64,000 nt of DNA from Naegleria gruberi (taxonomy: Eukaryota), in assembly GCA_000004985.1 (NCBI GenBank), contig GG738882.1; one strand, 5' to 3'. The notes beneath the pieces were generated by a model, which did no database searches, had not been told where the DNA came from, and saw only the letters and a program-made list of their open reading frames with translations. The position numbers and the translations under genes are program-made. Position 1 is the first letter of the stretch. Each line of letters opens with the position of its first letter. Positions 55,819-64,000 of this stretch are shown here, one piece after another.

Positions 55819-57786
55819 TTATTTCTTTTTCTGCACAGATCCGAGTTTGGCCTTCAAACCTTCTACTGAACGTTTTGGAGTAGCACTTGGAGTAGCAGCC
55901 TTCTTTGGAGTTTGGGATTTCTTTGGAGTTTCTTGGGCAACTGGTTCAGCAACTTTTTCAACAACAGCTTCAGTCTTCTTTGGGGTTGATTCTACCTTCT
56001 TTGGTGTTTTCTTTGGGGTGACAGGTTGAGCTTCTTGCTTTTCTTCAACCTTCTTTGGAGTTTGTTGCTTCTTAGCTGACTTGGATTCTTCCTTAGTTTC
56101 AGTCTTCTTTGGTGTAGTTGGTTGTTCAACAACTTCCTTAACTTCAGCCTTCTTTGGAGTTGGAGCTGATTTCTTTGGAGTTGCTTCAGCCTTCTTTGGA
56201 GTTGATTCGGCCTTCTTTGGAGTAGCAGCTTCAGTTGACTTGGTACCCTTCTTTGGTGTTGATGGGACTTCCTTAACTGGTTCAACAGGAGCATCCTTAT
56301 TCTTCCATCTCTTTTCAGCTTTGAAAACTTTAGCCTTTTCCATATCAATATCAACATTTTCGTAAATCTTTACATAAATTGAACGGTTAGTGTGCAACAT
56401 GACCATTCTGATATCAGTTTGACACAATTGAGAGAATGCTTCCTTAGTTTCAGCATTATTTGACTTATTTTCCAAAAAGTGTGAAATATTTGCAAAAATA
56501 TCCTTTTCTTCCCATTCAGTACGAGCAATTCTGATTGTGAAATGTGAGTTACCTTGAGTGATGAATGCCTTTGAGTGAGTCAAGTCATTCTTAACCCAAT
56601 CAAGAACATTTTCAGATGTGACTGGACGGAAACCTTGCTTTCTCTTCTTGTATGAGTTGAACAATGCAGAAACTTTCTTGGAAAGGGTAGTATCACAAAA
56701 CAGTAAATCATATTGATTCAAAAAGTGCTTCTTTTCGTTGAATCTGTTGTATCTAGTATTTTCAAATGTGTTTCCGTTAAGATAAGTAGTACCAATATCA
56801 AGCATGACTTCAGAGAGTTTCATAACTTTGAGTTTTCCAATATATTCGGATTCTTTCAAGATATTTGTATATTGTTCATATTGGTCGTCTTGTACAATCA
56901 ACAACATTTGAAGAGATGAGAATGGAAGTTGTTCCTTAGAGAAGTTCAAAATTGGTTTCAAGAGAGGAACGTCAACTGGTGAGGAAATATTATGCAAGTA
57001 TGGATTCTTAAGATAAACTGAAATGAAGAATGTAAGACTAGGATCTTGGTCAGCAAACAAAAGTCCTTCTCCTGGTTCGGTAATAGATCTATCATATGAC
57101 TTGAGTTGTTTGATGGTTTCTATCACTTCACTCTTTTCCAATTGTATATGTTTAATAGATGATTGTCTACTTGCTTCAGCTTTTAAATTGTTAAATATTC
57201 CATAAAATTATAAATACTCACCAATAGCAACCTTGTAATATCCTGTTGTAATAAATTTGAATTGTTTACCAAATAATTTATCATCCATTCCAGTAAATGC
57301 TTTAATTGCTTGTGGTCTAGACAATGGTTTAGCAGAGTAAATTTCATCCTCGATTGGTTCTTGGTCATATTCATAATCAGGATCTTCCTCAATTTCATCA
57401 TTTCCAGTAGCAGCTCGTTTAAAATCAGGATCAGCATCATCTAAAAAGAATGTTGCGGTATTATTTTCATCATCAAAAGTTAATTCACTATCAATATAAT
57501 CTTTCATTGCTTGGTCAAAGCCAATTTCTTCATCTTCAAGTTTTTCCAAATCTTCCTTCTTCGGAATAAGTGGAACATTTAATTTTTGGTTGAATGGTTT
57601 CTTACTAGGCTTGATTTTATTCAAAATTCTGTGATAGTTTTCAATGTGATTCTTCTTTTTTTGAAATAAATCTTGCTTTTGTTCATCATTGGCTCCTTTC
57701 AAAGCCTCTTTAATTTGTTCCTTGTGGAGTTGATTAGTGGAGAGTGGTTTGGCGAGTGGAACTTTTGTTGGACGAGCTGAAGACAT
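55819..57786 (-). CDS. RSL1D1: Ribosomal L1 domain-containing protein (Cic1/Nsa3/RSL1D1-like) with a Lys/Pro/Thr-rich repetitive tail; 2 exons
   Basis: Exon 1 is 57222..57786 and begins MSSARPTKV. A 42-nt intron ATTG|gtgagt...tttaaaag precedes exon 2 at 55819..57179. L1-like core segments include FFISVYLKNPYLHNISSP and FANISHFLENKS. The C-terminal (TPKKAExTPKK)n repeats are histone-H1-like. Confidence 0.65.
55890..56290. repeat. Imperfect tandem repeats of about 24 bp (ccttctttggagtt...) encoding TPKK repeats on the minus strand
   Basis: About 10 copies of gccttctttggagt(t/a)g... are visible on the plus strand at 55890..56290. Confidence 0.55.
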
Positions 57787-58051
57787 TTTTTTTTAAACGA
57801 ACCAAGAAATTTTTGTTCAAATTTTTTGCTGATTATTGAATGACACTCAAAATATTCATCATCAAGAAGAAGAATATTATCTTCATCAAATAATCTATCA
57901 CTCTCGGCACCAAATTCATACTGCTTGCAATAAAGTACTGTACAGTTTAATTGTTTCTTTGGGGATCACAGAATAGTCATTGATGCTGTGAATAGAATTT
58001 CAAGTCGATAAAGAGGGGGAATGAATTGATAGAATTCAAAAGGAAGAAAAA

Positions 58052-60433
58052 ATGCTAGATAGAGAACAACTTGTTTTCAATGTTGATGTTGCTTTTATTG
58101 TGCAGAGTTTTCTGAATGATTCGGATCGAAGAAATTGTGAACAGGTTTCTATTAATTTTCATCGTGCTTGTAATACTTTGGAGAGATTGGAGTTTAGGGA
58201 CCGATTGCAAAATGTTGAACTGAATTTGATCAGAGAGAAATTTGATAAATCATCAATTGCCTCGTCTCCAAAAAGAGTTTTTTCATCAGCAGAAGAAGTT
58301 TTCAATGAAGATATTGAAATGGAAATTGAAGCTTTTGAGAGAAAGCATATCAAGATTCCATTTCATTTGAAAGAGTATTTGAGAATGTCAGTTCATTTAG
58401 ATCCCTATTTAATTTTGGACATTCTGAAGGAATATGTATTTATGCATCCATTGACAGTTTTGTGTCCTTTGAGCGATTGGATTGTCATTAGGGAAGGGGA
58501 AGAATATTTGATTGGGGAGTTTTCTAATTCAAGTGGAAGAGAAAGTTTCATATTTACTTTGAATCAAAAGCAAAATGGAAAATGCTCAATATTCATGACC
58601 ATTACAAAAAATAACAATTTTGGATATGATCAGATTATTTCTTACACCACCAAAAAACGAGTTGAGATTGGTACATTGAAGAGATGGTTCAATAATTATG
58701 GATTTGGATGGTTTGTGAATAGGAACATCTTTCACTACTCTTTCCATAACTCCTTACAAAGAAATCATTTGGATTTGTTCCAAATTTCCAGGAATACCAC
58801 ATCAAGTTTCAACTCTCAACACATCTACAACTTGATCAAAAATTACAAATTTGTCTTTCCAGGTGCGCTTATGGAGAAATATAGCATCGACTTGTTGAGA
58901 GAAGGTCTAATAACTTTGAAACAACTAAAGGAAAATCTTAGAAAAGATCCAAGAATAATCGATATGGCAGTGAGATGCAACGGATTGAATTTGGAGTTTG
59001 TTGGAAAGGAATACCACAGAAATGAGGAAATGGTTCGAAAGGCTATCTCACAAAATGGATTGGCCTTAAAGTTTGCATCCAAGTCTGTACGAATGAATAA
59101 GGATATTGTGGAGATGGCATATAGACAAAACAAATATGCACTTAAATATTCATTGCTATCACCTAAGGAGGATTCAAAAACAATTTCAGATAGATTCCTG
59201 AAATACTTTTCCTTCAATCAAGATCCTAACTGTGAAATAGAAACTTTATTCCCCAACAATGACTATCTTTTGAGATGTATCTATGGATTTGGATTGGAAT
59301 ATTTTTCTCAATATCAAGTTGATATGATCAAAAGATGTCAGAGAGAGGACAACACTGCTCAAAATATTCTATTCCAAGCACCTTCTGTCGGTAAAACATT
59401 GGCTTCATTAATTGTAGCTTTGGAACGTATACAAAAGTTTAAATCTATATTGGGAAGTGGAATTCACTGCTTGATTCTATGCCCTAATAGAGAACTTGTT
59501 ATCAAAGTTGCCAGATTATTTAGCAGCTTATTAATGTGGAATGATATTAATATCATAACGGCCCATGGAGGTCACATTGAAAAGTTATATTTTTATAATT
59601 ATGAAACGTACATGCCATGTACTCCAATGGAAGTTGATTTCAGTAGAAAAACTGAGACATCCCCCAACCCTAGTATTCTTATTGGAACACCAGGTAGATT
59701 AGCACTTGATGATTTAAGAAGTGGAATGTTTGAACTAAACAAAGTCCATACAATAATATATGAGGAAGCTGATACCTTACTGAGCGGAGAATACGATTCA
59801 CTTACACATATTATGAGAGAAATTGAAGAGTACAATCCAAATTGTAAACTAATGAATATCGTATTGTGTCAAACTCTCACAGAAAGAATGTACTTTAAGA
59901 TGAACACTACATTCAATCAAAATCTGGAATATTTCTATAAGGAGGAAAAGTTTGCATTTTTGAAACCACTATCACTATTGAGGGGTTTTATAGACCATGA
60001 AATTGTTTCAGTAGAAGACTTGAGTGATACTGAGGTCCACAATCTCAAGTTAGATCTCTTAAAAAAGAATGGGGATGAGATTCCATTACTTGTTGCGTTT
60101 GGAAATAGAAGATCCATTGAAAGGTATATTGATGGAAATCAATCCATATTAATTTCAATACTACACTCTGACATGGAGCAACGGGATAGAGAGCTAGTAT
60201 GGAAGGAAGCTAACGAATTGACGTGTCAAGTGTTGTCCACAACAGATATCAACAGTAACGCCATGTTGCTTACAAGAGAAATCCATACAGTGTTTCAATT
60301 TGATTTTCCATCCTCAGAAGAAATATTCATCAAAAGAATTAGATATGCCCTTTTTAGAGAAAACAAGATGAAAGTAATAACATTTGTAAACTCTAAAAAA
60401 CAAGAGAGGAGAATCCTCAAGTGGCTTCGATAA
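58052..60433 (+). CDS. DUF4116-repeat protein fused to a divergent DEAD-box-like helicase core (EEAD variant)
   Basis: The N-terminal half has DUF4116-type repeats (RCNGLNLEFVGKEYHRNEEMVRKAISQNGLALKFASKSVRMNKDIVEMAYRQNKYALKY). The C-terminal half has APSVGKT (Walker A), PNRELV (motif Ia), GTPGRL (motif Ib-like), YEEADTLL in place of DEAD, and HGG. Confidence 0.5.
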   Translation: MLDREQLVFNVDVAFIVQSFLNDSDRRNCEQVSINFHRACNTLERLEFRDRLQNVELNLIREKFDKSSIASSPKRVFSSAEEVFNEDIEMEIEAFERKHIKIPFHLKEYLRMSVHLDPYLILDILKEYVFMHPLTVLCPLSDWIVIREGEEYLIGEFSNSSGRESFIFTLNQKQNGKCSIFMTITKNNNFGYDQIISYTTKKRVEIGTLKRWFNNYGFGWFVNRNIFHYSFHNSLQRNHLDLFQISRNTTSSFNSQHIYNLIKNYKFVFPGALMEKYSIDLLREGLITLKQLKENLRKDPRIIDMAVRCNGLNLEFVGKEYHRNEEMVRKAISQNGLALKFASKSVRMNKDIVEMAYRQNKYALKYSLLSPKEDSKTISDRFLKYFSFNQDPNCEIETLFPNNDYLLRCIYGFGLEYFSQYQVDMIKRCQREDNTAQNILFQAPSVGKTLASLIVALERIQKFKSILGSGIHCLILCPNRELVIKVARLFSSLLMWNDINIITAHGGHIEKLYFYNYETYMPCTPMEVDFSRKTETSPNPSILIGTPGRLALDDLRSGMFELNKVHTIIYEEADTLLSGEYDSLTHIMREIEEYNPNCKLMNIVLCQTLTERMYFKMNTTFNQNLEYFYKEEKFAFLKPLSLLRGFIDHEIVSVEDLSDTEVHNLKLDLLKKNGDEIPLLVAFGNRRSIERYIDGNQSILISILHSDMEQRDRELVWKEANELTCQVLSTTDINSNAMLLTREIHTVFQFDFPSSEEIFIKRIRYALFRENKMKVITFVNSKKQERRILKWLR

Positions 60434-60658
60434 ATGAATAGTATTTCACCAATATATCACAAGATATTCTCAATAACACCAGACCAATATGGTCACACCA
60501 AAATAGAGTCATTCACAGCATAATGTTGTAAACAATGTCTTCAATAATTAATACTACATTAATACAACTGTGTATTATCTTCTCTCTCTCAATAGAGTTT
60601 CAAAAAAATAACCTCACATATTTGCTTGTGTAAGCGCAAACCCCAAATTTACCTTAAT

Positions 60659-61358
60659 ATGCCCCCAAAGAAAGATAAAGCACCTGAATTGCCTATTGTT
60701 GTGATGGGTTCGGGTGCAGTTGGAAAAAGCTGTTTGGTATGTATTCAAGAGTGTATGCATAAATTATTTAACATTGAGTGATGGTTGCTGTTACATTGTT
60801 ATGAATGAAAATAGGCTGTACAATATCAACATTCGATATTTGAGGAACATGACTATGATCCAACAATAGAAGATAATCATCGTAAGGAAGAAGAATTAGC
60901 TGACGGAAGAACATACTGTTTAAATATAAGAGACACAGCAGGAGAGCCTGAATTTATTGGATGTAGGTTTTATTTGTGTGCTTTGAGGAATTAACAATTA
61001 TTTCAAAGTGTTGGAGAATGCAATCGAGGAAGGAGAGGGTTTTATGATTGTATATAGTATTATTGATAAACGTTCCTTTGAGGAAGTTGTTGGATTTATG
61101 GAATTGATCCAGAAAAAGAAAGGTGGAGAGGAAGTGCCAATTATGTTAGTCGGAAATAAGTGTGATTGTGAATCAGAGAGAGTAACAACTACAGAACAAG
61201 GACAATCTCTGGCTAAACATTATGGAATTACCTTCTTTGAAACCAGTGCAAAGACTGGAGAACAAGTTAAGGCTTGTTTCATTTCTATTGCTGAAAGAGT
61301 CAAGGAAAGTATGCTTAAGAGTGGAAAAATCAAGGATAAGAATTGTACTCTAATGTAA
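60659..61358 (+). CDS. Ras-family small GTPase with a CaaX box, 3 exons
   Basis: Exons are about 60659..60736, 60815..60962 and 61009..61358. Introns are TTG|gtatgt...aaatag and GGAT|gtaggt...tcaaag. The product MPPKKDKAPELPIVVMGSGAVGKSCL|AVQYQHSIFEEHDYDPTIEDNHRK...RDTAGEPEFIG|LLENAIEEGEGFMIVYSI...LVGNKCD...ETSAK...CTLM has GxxxxGKS, YDPTIED, DTAG, NKxD, SAK and CaaX. Switch II carries Glu in place of Gln (DTAGEPE). Confidence 0.85.
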
Positions 61359-62053
61359 TTAAAATAACCATAATAACAAACTCTAGTTTTTACTGTCTCT
61401 GAATGTTTCTTTCCGTTTAAACTGAAAGGATCATTATTGCAAAAACTGAAAGATTGTTTCATTCCTTGCCATCAACACGTTCCATTTGTTCATCTCAATC
61501 TATTTCAAATCTTTAGTTTGTGTCAAAGCATATTTAATTTATTCGAAATGATACACCATAAGATTGAATCCAACCATAAGGTTGCTTCCTTCAACGAAGA
61601 TTGAAACTGTTTGTAGTATTTCAACAACGAATACTTATTCTCTATAGTCTCCTCTTGTAGTAAAAAACTGAAACAAACTATTGAACTTCTGTACAACCTT
61701 AATATGAGTTGACCTTTTGTTGAAATGATCTATGATCTTTGCAATCCATTTGTGTTAATATTTTCCAAGAGCGCAAACCATGTGTGATTGTTGATTTCAT
61801 CTGCAAAAATTTTACAGCAACAACAACCACGACAATTGTTGTATCAAAATTGATTGGTCTTCCATTGGCACTCACTTTGGAAGTGTTTTGTATGGTTTTG
61901 CATTGATTATTAAACAATACACATCAACAATAATCATTGTTTTGGAATTTTATACATTGAATATATTGTATTGCATTATTGACAAAAACTATAATAACGG
62001 AACAAAATTCAACTTCATCTATTAACGTAATTCGAGAGAATATATTAAAACAT

Positions 62054-64000
62054 TTTCATCATTATGAATACAGCTGCAGGAAGTGTCGTATTGGATAATA
62101 ATTCCATCACAGGAGGAATACCTGCAGGAAGTAATTATGAAAATGCTTCATCTCATCATGGAGGAGCATTAACAACAACAACAGATGAACCAGTACTAAA
62201 TGAAACTCATCATCACACCAATAACAATCATCGGAAGAGTCAGAGTTTTGGAGGAACACCAATTACAATAGTGCCACCAACCATTCTGACTAAACCTAGC
62301 AATAAGAGGGATATTACAACAACTCCTGTTGATGGTCAGGAATTAGACGAATTAGACGATGATAATACTGTTTCAGGTGTTGCACCTGGTGCAGACACTA
62401 GCAAACATGCCTATTGTACTCCTAGAAGAGCTATTGTGAATTGTCAAAACTTGGAAGTAATTTCAGAAAAACTAAAGAATCGTAAATTGAGAATTTGTGT
62501 ATATATTAAGGAAAGAGTTTATAAGAGAAGAAAGACATTGAAATCCTCAATTATAGATGTACCAACTTTGAAGAATCAGGCAAATATAGCTGCCGATCAA
62601 TCACTACAAGTGCCACTGAATAACATTTCCTTCAAACTGAAATATTCACATCACTTTAAAAAGAAGATTGACATTTTGAGAATTTCTCTACAATCAGCCA
62701 AGAAAAAGGGTGATTCTTTTAAAACTATTTCAATAGTTTCTATTAATTTATTACACGTTTTGCAGAGACCTTTTGATGAAACTGTTTCCTTCCTCATCAA
62801 AAAGAAAAAGAAGAAGCAAGGAAAAGAGGAAGGAGGTGAAAACAGTCCCAATCAAAATAATTTAAACAATACCCCAAATCATACACTCTTCAATACTAAT
62901 AGTGCCATTTTACATTACTTGTCAAGTGACGATGAAGATGAAGAAAAAGAAAGATATCACAACCACCAAACACATCAAACTTCTCAAAATCTAGATCCTG
63001 TTGCTAATCTAAAGGTTTCTATTCAAACTTTGCCAATATCATTGACAGAGGAAAGAAAAAAGAAAAAGAAATTCCCATTCTTGGGAAAGAAGGAAAGCAC
63101 AAATCCAAATGGTATTGTGCCAGTTATGGAATCGTATGAATATGATTTTACAGATGATGATGATGAAACAGATGATGATAGTGATATTGAGTATGAGTAT
63201 GCAACTGGTTTACAACCAGGCACTGATATTCCAGCATCACCAATTAATAATCCAATTTCTTCTCCAATGGCCGATAAATCAAGTATACTGAAAGAGGATA
63301 AAACTCTAAAAGCAGTGATTGGAATCAAAGACAATATTATGAAAAAGTGGAAATCATTCAAAAAGAAAGGACATCATAATGACTCTGATCATGAACCAAC
63401 ATCACCCAGAGGTGCAGCTGCAAGCTCTGAAAACCCAACACAAATTACCATCAAAATTGATAGAATTCCAATACAAGAACAACTCAAGGAGCTTTTATCC
63501 AACAAGACAATTGTAAAGAAAATTATATTAATTAATGGCAGTTTTAGAAGAGGACAAAGGATTTGGAGCTTTTTGAAACGAACTGGTGGATTATATTCAA
63601 AAGATATTTTATGTACATATTCATGTGAAGATGTAGCTTTGGCTATTAACAAGATATTTGAAAGCAATGCAGAGAGAAGGTATGTCAGTGACCAAGAAAA
63701 TAATGAAACAAAAATTGTTATTCTTGGTAACGATGCCTATGTAAATGATGTTTTAAGAGCATGTCTTACATTGACAACAGATGAAAAGGTTTGGAATCAA
63801 ATTCTCTTCTACCTGGTTCCAATACCTTCTAAGAAAGGAGAGGAGGTTCTCCACCGATCAAGGAATGAAGTTTCTAATTACCTGTATGCTAAATGCACCA
63901 AATATGCCCAACTTTTCTCAACAGATGACTGGAGAAGAGCTCTCTGCTATTCAGTTGATGTAGAGGATTATGTAGAACATGTTTTATTTGAGTATTTGGA
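62054..64000 (+). CDS. Hypothetical protein, 5' partial relative to the window end (continues beyond 64000); possible NT-C2-like N-terminal domain
   Basis: ATG at about 62054 opens a frame with no stop to the end of the window, which is why it is absent from the ORF track. Low-complexity S/T/N and acidic regions are present. PRRAIVNCQNLEVISEKLKNRKLRICVYIKERVYKRRKTLKSSIIDVPTL resembles an N-terminal C2-like (EEIG1/EHBP1-type) fold only weakly. Confidence 0.35.

Noticed and set aside
1-64000. Prokaryotic interpretation (operons, CRISPR array, phage defence island) prompted by the task framing
   Set aside because: Spliceosomal introns with conserved GTAAGT donors are present. The genes are eukaryote-specific (Raptor, CDK8, OST48, TSEN34, FIP1, roadblock). 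A eukaryotic tRNA with internal promoter boxes is present. No direct-repeat and spacer array exists. The only repeats are coding micro- and minisatellites.

Overview
This window is AT-rich, gene-dense eukaryotic nuclear DNA, not a prokaryotic locus. It carries roughly 40 protein-coding genes on both strands. Introns are short (about 41-95 nt), with GTAAGT, GTATGT or GTAGGT donors and AG acceptors. Coding regions contain long poly-N/Q/S tracts, and many start codons are preceded by A-runs. One intron sits immediately after an ATG. The window also encodes a TALE homeobox protein, a SHAQKYF-type Myb, an ERMES subunit and a Cys-rich 7TM receptor. Together these point to a dictyostelid social amoeba-like genome with about 33% GC; that assignment is inference.

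The supplied ORF track marks non-ATG starts as M and misses spliced exons. Several gene models were therefore rebuilt by hand. Splice coordinates are approximate to about +/-2 nt.

Genes identified with confidence include SDHA, Raptor, BCS1, aromatic-L-amino-acid decarboxylase, OST48, an NT5C2-like 5'-nucleotidase, CDK8, TSEN34, RFWD3, MRNIP, roadblock dynein light chain, FIP1, an NSDHL-like dehydrogenase, an RSL1D1/Cic1-like protein, Rab and Ras GTPases, and a tRNA-Arg(ACG) gene.

The most unusual items are:
- a gene fusing an MJ1316/DUF504-like RNA-end-recognition domain to an AEP/PrimPol-like domain;
- a protein of about 2300 aa combining a non-RD kinase domain with a Cys-to-Ser (STYX-type) pseudo-phosphatase domain;
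- an F-box ORF overlapping a degenerate GTPase-like ORF;
- a secreted, probably GPI-anchored, periplasmic-binding-protein-like gene whose three exons the ORF track missed;
- a DUF4116 plus DEAD-like protein with EEAD in place of DEAD;
- a kinase-like gene with a YFG motif and frame discontinuities;
- a RAD51 paralog with a degenerate Walker A motif.

No CRISPR array, rRNA gene, obvious transposon or prokaryotic operon was seen.
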